Both the position numbers and the translations under genes were made by a program. Below are positions 9,892 through 19,011 of a stretch of DNA of 64,000 nucleotides, one piece after another. Under the pieces are notes generated by a model. It was not told the DNA's origin, did no database searches, and saw only the letters and a program-made list of their open reading frames with translations. Within the stretch, counting starts at the first letter, position 1. Each line of letters starts with the position of its first letter. Source of the stretch: an uncultured Candidatus Saccharibacteria bacterium (GTDB lineage: Bacteria; Patescibacteriota; Minisyncoccia; Phycocordibacterales; UBA9973); the NCBI GenBank assembly GCA_964385945.1, contig CAYLQJ010000001.1, forward strand, positions 8,034 through 72,033, read 5' to 3'.

Positions 9892-10329
9892 TTATATCAA
9901 ACTACATTTAATAAGCTTAGTAATTTGAATAAGTTCATCATCAGGAGAAATTTGAGTCCGTGCTCCAGGGCGATATAAAAATTCCCTAGGTTCGTATTGA
10001 TAAACTCCAGCATCACCTTGTTTTCTTGGAATTACATGTAAATGAAAATGTTCAACAGATTGACCTCCAATTTTTTCTTCATTCCATGCATAATTAAAAC
10101 CTTCTGCATTTAAAACTTTTTTTAAAGAAGTTTTTAAAATCCCTCTTAATTTTTCAATCGCTTGTATTTCTTCTAAAGAATGATCTTCATAATACTTAAT
10201 ATGTCTTTTTGGAGATATTAAAATGTGGCCTGGAACAATAGGAGTATGTGTAAGAAAAGCAAAAGCTAAATCATTTTCTATAATAATTCTATTACTTAAA
10301 TCTTCTCTTTTACAAAATTGGCAATCCAT
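9892..10329 (-). CDS. HIT-family hydrolase
   Basis: Histidine triad VEHFHLHVIPR; N-terminal CQFC. Confidence 0.8.
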   Translation of the reverse strand: MDCQFCKREDLSNRIIIENDLAFAFLTHTPIVPGHILISPKRHIKYYEDHSLEEIQAIEKLRGILKTSLKKVLNAEGFNYAWNEEKIGGQSVEHFHLHVIPRKQGDAGVYQYEPREFLYRPGARTQISPDDELIQITKLIKCSLI

Positions 10330-10343
10330 ATTATTTCAATAAC

Positions 10344-10739
10344 TTACAAATTCTCATCAAGAAATTTTTTTAAAGCAATCAAATCTTTCTTTTCTTTGTC
10401 ATAATGATAAGAAATAATTCCTACTGACTCGGCGGATTTTACTGCATCTGAATTATGTTCAAAATATATTACGTCATTTTTAGCAAAATTATATTTCTCA
10501 AGTAAAGTTTTAAAATAAATATGTTCTACTTTATCAGGATTATGCTTCATTGTAAAAACAGGATAAGGCACAGAATCAAGACCAAATTTGATCATTTGCT
10601 CATCATCAGCATTAGTTAGGATAAGTTTTGGATTTGGATATGTTTCAAGTAAATCAAATAATTCTTTATATTGAATATTATCACCTTCATCATTTTTTAT
10701 AATTACAGTATTAACTGCATCAACGAGTATTGTTTTCAT
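10344..10739 (-). CDS. HAD-like superfamily protein (non-canonical motif I)
   Basis: MKTILVDAVNTV resembles HAD motif I with the second Asp replaced. Confidence 0.35.
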   Translation of the reverse strand: MKTILVDAVNTVIIKNDEGDNIQYKELFDLLETYPNPKLILTNADDEQMIKFGLDSVPYPVFTMKHNPDKVEHIYFKTLLEKYNFAKNDVIYFEHNSDAVKSAESVGIISYHYDKEKKDLIALKKFLDENL

Positions 10740-10814
10740 GTTTATATTATATCAAATATTTAATAAATCTTGATAAGGTCCAACCTTGTCACCTAGTTTT
10801 ATTATACTAAAATA

Positions 10815-10854
10815 AATTTAATTCTTAGAAAGTCAAAATCTCTATATTTTAAAA
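10815..10854. repeat. intergenic repeat part A copy 1 (AAATTTAATTCTTAGAAAGTCAAAATCTCTATATTTTAAAA)
   Basis: Near-identical to 12148-12190; tail CTATATTTTAAAA recurs at 11238-11250. Confidence 0.6.
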
Positions 10855-11172
10855 TTTAACCATAGTGCCACTTGCTGTGACTGTTATCATATTTGCTATC
10901 TGAGTCTCTATCGATACTCCTATCACTGCATGAGCTCCGAATCCTCTAGCTCTTTCTTCTAATTCTTTCAAGCATTCAGTTCGAGCTTTATTTAAAACTC
11001 CTTCTAGAGTAGTAGAACGTCCACCCCAAAAATCAGTCAAAGAAGCTACCATGTCTCGCACAGCATTCACTCCGACGACGTTCTCAGAAGTAACTATTCC
11101 CATGTATACGATATTATCTTTACCTTGAATAATATCTGTTGTTGTTAATAAAAAATTATTATTTGTTTCCAT
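10849..11172 (-). CDS. YbjQ/UPF0145 family protein
   Basis: YMGIVTSENVVGVNAVRDMVASLTDFWGGRSTTLE...GAHAVIGVSIE matches UPF0145 from memory; likely start METNNN. Confidence 0.6.
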   Translation of the reverse strand: METNNNFLLTTTDIIQGKDNIVYMGIVTSENVVGVNAVRDMVASLTDFWGGRSTTLEGVLNKARTECLKELEERARGFGAHAVIGVSIETQIANMITVTASGTMVKF

Positions 11173-11246
11173 ATGTTCAAAATTATAACATAAAAAGAAT
11201 AACAAATAATAACAAGAATCCTTTTGCTATATATAATGCCTATATT

Positions 11247-11594
11247 TTAAAAGCTTTTCGGGTGTCGGACATCCGGAGACAATTCAAAATTTATAATTTT
11301 AACTTCTGAGTCTTTGTTTACCTTATCTCCATAGAATTTTATAAAATCAACATACATTTCTTCTTCAGAATTATATCTAGCATGCCCTACCCAATCTTGT
11401 TCATCTAAAGTACTGAGGGTTTTAATTTTAAGAGAAATTATTTTCCCATAGCCAAAAGTCTCAAGAGTTTCTTTGTTTATGAATTCGAGTTCGTCTCCAA
11501 CTTGCAGATCCTTATCATCAAAAAGCCTCCAAGTAGAAGTCTTTTTTCCGGTTAATATTTTATCAACCAAATCTGAATTAAATTTAAGGGTTTT
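11247..11594 (-). CDS. ASCH (PUA-like) domain protein
   Basis: MKTLKFNSDLVDKILTGKKTSTWR is an ASCH N-terminal signature. The C-terminal tail SPDVRHPKSF is encoded by a repeat hairpin. Confidence 0.6.
   Translation of the reverse strand, partial: KTLKFNSDLVDKILTGKKTSTWRLFDDKDLQVGDELEFINKETLETFGYGKIISLKIKTLSTLDEQDWVGHARYNSEEEMYVDFIKFYGDKVNKDSEVKIINFELSPDVRHPKSF
11253..11281. repeat. REP-like hairpin repeat part B copy (GCTTTTCGGGTGTCGGACATCCGGAGACA)
   Basis: Imperfect inverted repeat; family members at 12191-12219 and 8432-8452. Confidence 0.55.
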
Positions 11595-11642
11595 CATAAT
11601 TAGAATTTTTAGGATTTTCACTATAACAGTTATAACAAAACA

Positions 11643-12128
11643 TTAAAATGACTCTAAAAATTTTACGTCCTCTATATCCACCTCTCTCATAATTTTTTTC
11701 TTATATGAAATCAAAGCCTCTTTAGGTATCACAGGAACCATGATTCCATATACTTCTTTATTTTCATTAAGAGTTAGGTCTCTATGTGCAGGAATCCAAA
11801 CTTTATTTTCTTTATCAAAGATTTTTATATTATCTCTACCCGCAAGATCAATCTTCTGATTTTCATATTTTAAAGTAACTAAATTCAAATCCCATTCATC
11901 ATCTACATAATGCTCAGGCCCGTAAATTATATAATCTTTTATATCTAAAAAAATAGTTTTAAAACTATCATCAGGAATACCTATATCTATATCAGCTAAT
12001 TCACGAGTGGATCCATAAATCCGAACAGCAAAACCTCCAGAGATTTGAAAAGGTATATTATATTTTCTTAATATACCAACAATCCATTTGAAGGCAGCTT
12101 CTGTATTTTTTTCTAATTTTGTTTCCAT
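11643..12128 (-). CDS. Lnu(A)/LinA-like nucleotidyltransferase family protein
   Basis: 161 aa; FQISGGFAVRIYGSTRELADIDIGIP aligns with the Lnu(A) WLDGGWGVDVLTG...DIDIDF nucleotidyltransferase motif (recalled). Confidence 0.5.
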   Translation of the reverse strand: METKLEKNTEAAFKWIVGILRKYNIPFQISGGFAVRIYGSTRELADIDIGIPDDSFKTIFLDIKDYIIYGPEHYVDDEWDLNLVTLKYENQKIDLAGRDNIKIFDKENKVWIPAHRDLTLNENKEVYGIMVPVIPKEALISYKKKIMREVDIEDVKFLESF

Positions 12129-12147
12129 TTTTTTATTATACTACAAT

Positions 12148-12219
12148 AAATTTAATTCTTAGAAAAAGTTAAAATCTCTATATTTTAAAAGCTTTCCGGG
12201 TGTTGGACACCTGGAGACA
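12148..12219. repeat. composite intergenic repeat (part A + part B hairpin CCGGGTGTTGGACACCTGG)
   Basis: Contiguous A+B copy upstream of the nucleotidyltransferase gene; TATAAT-like box (GTAGTATAAT) between repeat and ATG on the gene strand. Confidence 0.55.
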
Positions 12220-12278
12220 TGATCTTTAACACTTTCATCTTAGCATTTCCACGGTCTTTGAGTACCTATAATTTGTAT

Positions 12279-13079
12279 TTATTTACTGGAAAGTAGGTCA
12301 TCTATTAATTTAATATTTCCACTTCTGTCACTATTAATTACTTTATTATCATATAAATCTTTTGCTAGTGCCACACATATACCTATAGATTGAGATATCA
12401 ATAAATCCTCATCTGGCTTTTCAATAAAGAAATAATTGCCCGACTCATCTTTATTGGTAAAAGATTCAATTCCTTGAATGTCTAAATGTACAAAAGAAGA
12501 TAATTGTCTGTATACAAGATGATACATCAGTTCAAAATGTCCAGGTTCAGCATCAGGAATTTTAGCCTTGTCACATAATTTTGTTTTCTCTAATAAATCA
12601 GGATCTTTATCTTTATCGGTCAGGTTGTTCCCTTTAATAATAGCTGTCCTGTGTTTATTAATTTCTTCTAGTGTCTTATCTTGGTAATCGTTATTATATA
12701 AGCTATTTGAATCATTGGATAAAAAATTAGGGTAATCTTTAACCAATTTTTTAAAAGCATTTACTACTGTTATTCTCCAATCAAACTGTCTCTTTGCGGC
12801 AATGGCAAGCTTCTTATCAGTACTATCACTTGTGTAATATTGAATATTTATGTGTGTCTCAAGTAGACTTCTGAGTAATGATTGTGCTGCATTAAATTTC
12901 TTTTCTTTGCATAAAATAATTATCGCCTCAGTGTAGTTGAATACTGGGGCTACGGTAAAATACAGATAATTTTGAATATGTGTTTGATTAGTTAGCTTAT
13001 GATTTAAATTTGAATCGATCTCTTTTTTTAAAGAGTAGAAATATTCAACAACTTTTTGATTTTTTTCTGAAAGACTCAT
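12279..13079 (-). CDS. hypothetical protein
   Basis: 266-aa ORF with no recognisable motif; last gene of the islet next to tRNA-Gln. Confidence 0.35.
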   Translation of the reverse strand: MSLSEKNQKVVEYFYSLKKEIDSNLNHKLTNQTHIQNYLYFTVAPVFNYTEAIIILCKEKKFNAAQSLLRSLLETHINIQYYTSDSTDKKLAIAAKRQFDWRITVVNAFKKLVKDYPNFLSNDSNSLYNNDYQDKTLEEINKHRTAIIKGNNLTDKDKDPDLLEKTKLCDKAKIPDAEPGHFELMYHLVYRQLSSFVHLDIQGIESFTNKDESGNYFFIEKPDEDLLISQSIGICVALAKDLYDNKVINSDRSGNIKLIDDLLSSK

Positions 13080-13111
13080 AATTATTTAACATTTTTGAGC
13101 TAGCTCATATT

Positions 13112-13130
13112 GGCTGGGGGTACATGGAAT
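13112..13130 (-). repeat. partial duplicate of tRNA-Gln 3' end (att-like remnant)
   Basis: GCTGGGGGTACATGGAATT versus the tRNA 3' region GCTGGGGTACATGGATTC, 155 bp downstream of the tRNA 3' end. Confidence 0.5.
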
Positions 13131-13283
13131 TTCTCCCGCGACTAAACTTTTTGTCGTCACAAAAAATTTGTCTGGGCACCGACTCATAGATTTTAGTTGC
13201 TACAAAAATCATATTCCGTCGTTCGAATCCATGGCGTAAGCAAAGCAGATTGCTTACTTACCCAGAGCTTCGCTCCGCTCGTG

Positions 13284-13354
13284 CTGGGGTACATGGATTC
13301 GAACCACGATTAAAGGCTTCAAAGGCCTCTGTCCTACCATTAGACGATACCCCA
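13284..13354 (-). tRNA. tRNA-Gln (anticodon UUG)
   Basis: Hand-folded cloverleaf: acceptor TGGGGTA/TACCCCA, D-arm GTCT-AATGGTA-GGAC, anticodon stem GAGGC/GCCTT with loop CTTTGAA, T-arm CGTGG-TTCGAAT-CCATG, discriminator G. Confidence 0.7.
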
Positions 13355-13393
13355 ATTTATTTAATTTTCAAAAACACTACTTTTAGCTTTAGG

Positions 13394-13407
13394 GACGATA
13401 CCCCAAT
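13394..13407 (-). repeat. 14-nt duplicate of tRNA-Gln 5' end
   Basis: GACGATACCCCAAT is identical to 13343-13356. Confidence 0.45.
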
Positions 13408-13525
13408 ATTGCAAAAGCAATAATTAAAAGATAACACAAAAATAGACTATTTTCAACTATTATTGATTTTATTCTGAATATATAGTATTGTTACAAAAAT
13501 ATTTGTTCACAAAAAATTCAATATT

Positions 13526-14866
13526 ATGTTTAGTAGAGACACTTTCATCAACAGGAGAAAATCATTGTTAGATTTAATGATTTCAAAAGGTGCCCAAGGA
13601 CACATAGTTCTTGTAGGCAACAGTTATGTACCTTATAATTATAAGGCAAACTATCATCTTTTTTTCAAACAGGACAGCACCTTCCGTTATTTTTTTGGTT
13701 TAAATGAACCCGACCTTATTGGAGTCATTTCACTTGAAACAGGAAAAGCTTTTATTGCAGGTAAAGACCCTGATCTTGAAGATATTGTTTGGTCAGGTAA
13801 ACCAGAAAAAAGTCTTCCAGATAGAGCTGATGCTTTAGCTGGTATTACAGAGATAACTGATACACTGTCTTCAAAAATATTAGAGGGTAAAATACACTCA
13901 ATAGCACCCTACAGATTCCCTTCAATTATTACTGACAAAGATGTTTCTATAGATTTAATCAAATCAATAGTTGCTCTACGCAGTATAAAAAGTGAAGAAG
14001 AAATAGCCCACATGACTGAGATACAAAAGGTATCTTGCGAAATGTTTAATGTAGCCGAAGATCTGGCTAGTAAAAATGCAGCACCATTCAGTATCTATAG
14101 TGCTATGCAAGAAATAGCACTAAGAAATCGTGGAAATTTCTCTTTCCCGCCAATAATAAGCACAGAGGGTCAGATTCTACATAATCCTAATTTTTATTCA
14201 ACAGAAAGACCAGGAAAAGGTAAGCTATATCTAATTGATGCAGGCTTTGATTCAGAGCATGGATACACGACTGACCAAACAAGAGTTTTCTTAATTGTGG
14301 GTAATAATACTATGGATCGTAAAGAATCTGATTGGACTACTTGTCAGCGTAACATTAACTGGATAGTATTGGATGCTTACCAAAAAATACTTAACACAGC
14401 TTCCCCTGATTTCAACTATTTTGAAATGCATATGTTAGCTGTTAGAGAAATTGTTGAAGGGTTAAAAGGGATTAATATTATGCGTGGAGACATAGACTCA
14501 ATAATTCAATCTGGTGCATACACAACGTTTTTCCCTCACGGATTGGGACATATGATGGGCATGGATGTTCATGACATGGAAAATTTGGGAGAAGACTATG
14601 TTGGGTATGATAACAGTACAAAGAGAAGCACCCAATTCGGCTTAAAGTATTTACGGATGGCAAGAAAATTGGAACCTGGAATGGTTGTGACTAATGAACC
14701 TGGAATATATTTTATTCCTGCACTCATAGAACAATCTAAACAAAATTTTAAAAGCTTCATTAATTATAATGAGGTCGAGAAATACATGAGCGTAAAAGGT
14801 ATAAGAATTGAGGACGATATATTAATAACCCAAAATGGTAATCAGAATCTAGGACTATACTCATAA
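13526..14866 (+). CDS. Xaa-Pro aminopeptidase / M24 metallopeptidase
   Basis: LIDAGFDSEHGYTTDQTRVF, HGLGHMMGMDVHD, NEPGIYF, IRIEDD are metal-ligand motifs of the M24B creatinase/prolidase fold. Confidence 0.8.
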   Translation: MFSRDTFINRRKSLLDLMISKGAQGHIVLVGNSYVPYNYKANYHLFFKQDSTFRYFFGLNEPDLIGVISLETGKAFIAGKDPDLEDIVWSGKPEKSLPDRADALAGITEITDTLSSKILEGKIHSIAPYRFPSIITDKDVSIDLIKSIVALRSIKSEEEIAHMTEIQKVSCEMFNVAEDLASKNAAPFSIYSAMQEIALRNRGNFSFPPIISTEGQILHNPNFYSTERPGKGKLYLIDAGFDSEHGYTTDQTRVFLIVGNNTMDRKESDWTTCQRNINWIVLDAYQKILNTASPDFNYFEMHMLAVREIVEGLKGINIMRGDIDSIIQSGAYTTFFPHGLGHMMGMDVHDMENLGEDYVGYDNSTKRSTQFGLKYLRMARKLEPGMVVTNEPGIYFIPALIEQSKQNFKSFINYNEVEKYMSVKGIRIEDDILITQNGNQNLGLYS

Positions 14867-14878
14867 AGCAAATAAAAA

Positions 14879-14915
14879 AAGCATTCACCTTGCATAAGGT
14901 GAATGCTTTTTAATT
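14879..14915. terminator. bidirectional rho-independent terminator
   Basis: 11-bp stem GCATTCACCTT/AAGGTGAATGC, loop GCAT, then TTTTT; lies between convergent genes. Confidence 0.7.
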
Positions 14916-14933
14916 TTTAAATTACAAAAAAAA

Positions 14934-15323
14934 TTAAGAAATTTTAATAATTTCTTCCTGACCGATAAAGTTAGTAACTTTAATTTGCCCTAAGGAAACT
15001 TCCATTTTAGTAGACTGACGGAAAAGTTTTTTGTCTATTCCTGAATCTGAAACCAAGGTTTCAAATTCTCCTATTGGAAATTCCTTTGTTTCAATAATAA
15101 AACTCTCATTTTCTTCAAGCTTTAAAATTATATAAACTGCAAGTTTTTTTGCGAAATTATCCAACTCTTTTGCTGTTGGATAATTTATTTGCAATTGAAT
15201 CTCCAAAATTGTCGGTTCTGGATTCTGCTCAAAACCGTCGTCTTCTTCTGCTGGTTTTAAATATTTAACCCAGTAATTTACAGCTTTCTTAACTGTTTCG
15301 TTTAATAAATCTTGATTTCCCAT
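14934..15323 (-). CDS. hypothetical protein
   Basis: 129-aa ORF, acidic, no motif recognised. Confidence 0.35.
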   Translation of the reverse strand: MGNQDLLNETVKKAVNYWVKYLKPAEEDDGFEQNPEPTILEIQLQINYPTAKELDNFAKKLAVYIILKLEENESFIIETKEFPIGEFETLVSDSGIDKKLFRQSTKMEVSLGQIKVTNFIGQEEIIKIS

Positions 15324-15476
15324 TTTTAATGTTTTTGGAATGTTGTGGAATGTACGTTTTAAAATTCTTATGTATTATATCATATAAAATAAATATAGTC
15401 AACAAAATATGCTTTGCTTTAAAATATTATATATATGCTATAATTAAAGTACATTATTAGTAATAAATTAAAATAT

Positions 15477-15752
15477 ATGTCATTAGAATTCAAAACAGAT
15501 TTTGGTACAAAAGAAGTAATAAAAACAATGGAGTCAAAAAATATTCCAGAAGGTTCTATAGAGAAAATAATGAATTTTTTTAACCAACCAGGATATAAAT
15601 CTATTACCAGAGAAGAAGCAATAGATTTTATTATAGAGTTTAGAAAAGACATTGAAGAAAATCAAAAGAAAACTGAAGCAGCAATTATAGAAATGCAAAC
15701 CGGTCAAGCTTCTGAAAATGAGGTTATGGATCTAGGACAAACAGCTTCGTAA
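15477..15752 (+). CDS. hypothetical small protein
   Basis: 91-aa ORF followed immediately by a terminator. Preferred over the overlapping antisense ORF on composition. Confidence 0.3.
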   Translation: MSLEFKTDFGTKEVIKTMESKNIPEGSIEKIMNFFNQPGYKSITREEAIDFIIEFRKDIEENQKKTEAAIIEMQTGQASENEVMDLGQTAS

Positions 15753-15768
15753 GAAGCTGTTTTTTTTA
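15741..15768 (+). terminator. rho-independent terminator
   Basis: ACAGCTTC-GTAA-GAAGCTGT hairpin then TTTTTTTT. Confidence 0.65.
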
Positions 15769-16830
15769 CTCTTTACTCAAAATATCAATCAAAGCTATCT
15801 CTAACGGCAAGGATGGAATAAATGTATTATTTGTATTAGCATAAGCTTCAAGGAGATTTATCAGTCCTTTTGAACGAAAGACTGCTCCTTTGTCATTCTT
15901 TACTAAATCTTTTAGGAATTGTATATCTTCATCTCTCAAATCCCCTTTCATATTCTCTATCTGACTCGGAGCGTATCTCAAAATCACCGCTAATCTAAAC
16001 TTCTGTAAAATTAATTTTAAAAATAATTCCATGTCTAGATTGTCAGATACAGCTTGTTTTATTATATTGAGTCCGGCTTCGAGATTGTTCTCACCTAGTG
16101 CAGACAGGACTCCATTCACGAGGTTTCTCTTTGGAGCCCCGGTGACGCCTTCTATTTCTTCTATGCTGATCTGAGACGACTTGGCATTAGTTTTCTTTTT
16201 TTCTTTTTTCGCAAAATTTAGAACTTTATCTAGTACTCCTAAGGCATCTCGGAAAGATCCGTCACCGAGTATAGCAATGAGTTCCGCCCCGCCTTCTTCG
16301 AGAGTGTACCCTTCTTTTTCGGAAACGGCGTTTAGATGATTCTTCAAAATCATATCCGTAGGCTTTTTGAATACGAAAGTCTGACAACGAGAGATAATAG
16401 TATCAGGGACTTTATGAAGCTCGGTCGTAGCGAGAATAAATATTACATGCTTTGGAGGTTCTTCGAGAGTCTTAAGCAAGGCGCCCCAAGCATCACGAGA
16501 AAGCATATGCACCTCGTCGATGATATATATCTTGTATTTAGAATCAAAAGGTAAGACTCTGACTCCGTCGCGTAGTTCGCGAATATCTTCGATACCGCGA
16601 TTTGACGCGGCATCTATTTCGTAGAGGTCGCTCGGAGATGTCCCGAGACCGGCGGCGAAAATACGAGCAAGTGAAGTCTTCCCTGTACCACGAGAACCAA
16701 TAAAAAGATAAGCGTGAGAGACGTTCCCGGTATATACCGAGTTCTCTAAAACTTTAACGATATGTTCTTGACCTAAAACTCCTTCAAAACTGTCTGGTCG
16801 ATATTTACGATATAAAGCTAAATGATCCAT
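15766..16830 (-). CDS. dnaX: DNA polymerase III subunit gamma/tau (short form)
   Basis: YRKYRP start, Walker A LFIGSRGTGKTSLARIFA, clamp-loader AAA+ core; 354 aa. Confidence 0.8.
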   Translation of the reverse strand: MDHLALYRKYRPDSFEGVLGQEHIVKVLENSVYTGNVSHAYLFIGSRGTGKTSLARIFAAGLGTSPSDLYEIDAASNRGIEDIRELRDGVRVLPFDSKYKIYIIDEVHMLSRDAWGALLKTLEEPPKHVIFILATTELHKVPDTIISRCQTFVFKKPTDMILKNHLNAVSEKEGYTLEEGGAELIAILGDGSFRDALGVLDKVLNFAKKEKKKTNAKSSQISIEEIEGVTGAPKRNLVNGVLSALGENNLEAGLNIIKQAVSDNLDMELFLKLILQKFRLAVILRYAPSQIENMKGDLRDEDIQFLKDLVKNDKGAVFRSKGLINLLEAYANTNNTFIPSLPLEIALIDILSKE

Positions 16831-17061
16831 ACGTATAAGTATAACAAAATATATATATTACCCAAAGTATTGACTAAAAAATTAGTATTAGTCATAATTA
16901 ATAAAATTGTAAATCATGAAAATAGAAACACCGTCAATCAAACAAAAAATGTTTTTTGTTGTAGCATTCAGTATCATAGTTATTTTTAATTATTTAGAAA
17001 AACTAGAAAAAATAATTGAGAAAAAAATGCATATTGATTAATAATGCAAAACAAAAAAAAT

Positions 17062-17101
17062 GAGTAGGTTCAAAATTATTTTTGAGCCTACTATTTTTTT
17101 A
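17062..17101. terminator. bidirectional terminator hairpin
   Basis: AGTAGGTTCAAAA-TTATT-TTTTGAGCCTACT followed by T-tracts on both strands. Confidence 0.5.
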
Positions 17102-18119
17102 AAAATTCATTTACAATATTTTCTATCTCAGCATAATCTTTAGCTTCCATAAGTTTAACTCTGAGTTCCTTGGCTCCGTCAAAGCCGTGAACATAAGCCT
17201 TGTAATGCTTTTTCATAATAGCTAAATTCTTGTGACCACCTAAGACTTCTTCAAAGAGTTTCGTATGTTCTAGCATGACTTTTAATTTCTCGGGAAGTGA
17301 CGGAGCGGAATTAATCAGAATTTTGTCATGGTCTGGTTGAGACGAAGGCGACCCGAGGACCTGAGAAAATTCTTGATTAATTACGCTCCTATCGAACAAC
17401 CAAGGATTTCCAAAAATAGCGCGCCCGAGCATAACTCCGTCGCAACCAGTTTCAAGGACTTTCTTTTTCGCGTCTACTAGATCAGTCGCGTCGCCATTAC
17501 CTAAGATTAAAGTATTTGGAGCGACTTCGTCTCGTAATTTAACAATACTTTCCATAAGTTCCCAATGCGCCGGCACGAGGGACATCTCTTTCCTTGTACG
17601 CAAATGCACAGTCAGTACAGCAATATCTTGCTTCAAGATTTCTCGTATCCAAGTATCTATTTCATTTTTATTATATCCAATACGAGTTTTAACTGAGATA
17701 GGGATACCCGGCGCGCCGTCTTTAGCAGCTTGGATCACAGCTTTCGCAGATTCGATATTTTTAATCATACCCGAGCCGGCACCTTGCTTCTCGATACTTT
17801 TATCAGGGCAACCCATATTGATATCAATCCCATCAAAACCAAGCTCCATACATAGAGCCGAAGCGGATTTAATATTCTCGGTATTCGAGCCGAAAATCTG
17901 AGCAACTATCGGATGTTCACTAGGATCGAATTTTAAATCTATCAAAAGTTTCTCGCGAGCTTTAGGGTGAGCGAGGCCATCGGCCGATACGAACTCTGTC
18001 CAGAGTACGTCGGGTTTACCGTATTTATTGATGATAGTCCGGAAAGCATAATCCGTGACGTCAGCCATAGGTGCAAGTACGAATATTGGCTTATTTAATT
18101 GGGTCCAGAAATTTTTCAT
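17091..18119 (-). CDS. dus: tRNA-dihydrouridine synthase
   Basis: VLAPMADVTDYAFR, INMGCP, TIM-barrel FMN motifs. Confidence 0.85.
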   Translation of the reverse strand: MKNFWTQLNKPIFVLAPMADVTDYAFRTIINKYGKPDVLWTEFVSADGLAHPKAREKLLIDLKFDPSEHPIVAQIFGSNTENIKSASALCMELGFDGIDINMGCPDKSIEKQGAGSGMIKNIESAKAVIQAAKDGAPGIPISVKTRIGYNKNEIDTWIREILKQDIAVLTVHLRTRKEMSLVPAHWELMESIVKLRDEVAPNTLILGNGDATDLVDAKKKVLETGCDGVMLGRAIFGNPWLFDRSVINQEFSQVLGSPSSQPDHDKILINSAPSLPEKLKVMLEHTKLFEEVLGGHKNLAIMKKHYKAYVHGFDGAKELRVKLMEAKDYAEIENIVNEFLKK

Positions 18120-18154
18120 TTAATCTTTATAACACAAAATGGTATTTTAAAAAA

Positions 18155-19009
18155 CTATTCTTTAAACTTGTAGTACACTTTATTATTAAATCTCAAATCC
18201 AAATATAAGAGTGAAGGATATTTTTCTTTGAATTCTGTCTTTAAAGGGTCCGTCTTGATAGCGGCTTCTAAATTCTGATATATTTTTAGATAATCAACTT
18301 CTGAATTAAAAATTATTTTAGGCGCATCTGGAGCCGGAATATTGGATGACAAATACATATCGACTTCATTCTCGGGTTTTAATAACATGGATACCGGGTT
18401 GATACCGATATGTTTTAAGTTAGAAATAAATAAAATATAATTATTGAAATTCTCTCCTCCATAATAATACCCTTCTGTTGGACCGTAGAATTTAAAATAA
18501 GCGTTACCGGAGAAATACGGAGCTTGATCAAAAACGTATCCTTTATCATCCATGAAGTCACATTTATGATCCTCGAGTCTGACCGTCTTGTCCGGTATAG
18601 TCTCCCCGCACCAAGTATAAACAGGCTTGCGTTCAGATATCTCAATCTTTAAAGTTTTAGAATCAGACAAGTCGAAAGAGATAGTCTCGATACGACGAAA
18701 AGTACTCGATAATTCTTTCTTGATCTTAGAACGAGGCAACAGGACGAAATTCGTCTTTGGGAAAAGCCAGAGATATTTACCACTAATCTCCTTTTGCACT
18801 AATTGTTCGAGAGCTTGGGTCTCTAATACTTTATTGCCAGTGATTTCAATCTTGTTGATATTCACCTCATGCCATTTAGATAAGAAATATAGACCTACTA
18901 GAAAAAGTAAAAATAAAATAGAAAAAATAATAACTTTAATCTTAAAGATTTTACGTCTTCTTTTCTTTAATTCTTCAACGTGAGAAGAAGTAAATTTACG
19001 AGGTTGCAT
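18155..19009 (-). CDS. cell-division protein FtsQ/DivIB-like (POTRA domain)
   Basis: Basic cytoplasmic N-terminus, one TM helix, then a POTRA-like segment KIEITGNKVL...ISERKPVYTW. Confidence 0.45.
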   Translation of the reverse strand: MQPRKFTSSHVEELKKRRRKIFKIKVIIFSILFLLFLVGLYFLSKWHEVNINKIEITGNKVLETQALEQLVQKEISGKYLWLFPKTNFVLLPRSKIKKELSSTFRRIETISFDLSDSKTLKIEISERKPVYTWCGETIPDKTVRLEDHKCDFMDDKGYVFDQAPYFSGNAYFKFYGPTEGYYYGGENFNNYILFISNLKHIGINPVSMLLKPENEVDMYLSSNIPAPDAPKIIFNSEVDYLKIYQNLEAAIKTDPLKTEFKEKYPSLLYLDLRFNNKVYYKFKE

Positions 19010-19011
19010 TT

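Noticed and set aside
13143-13283. A second, plus-strand tRNA suggested by GTTCGAATCC
   Set aside because: No acceptor or anticodon stems could be built. It is more likely an inverted fragment of the tRNA-Gln T-arm plus a GTAAGCAA-AGCAGA-TTGCTTAC hairpin.
15419-15652. 77-aa minus-strand ORF
   Set aside because: Highly hydrophobic and low-complexity AT-driven sequence. The overlapping plus-strand ORF has better composition and a terminator.
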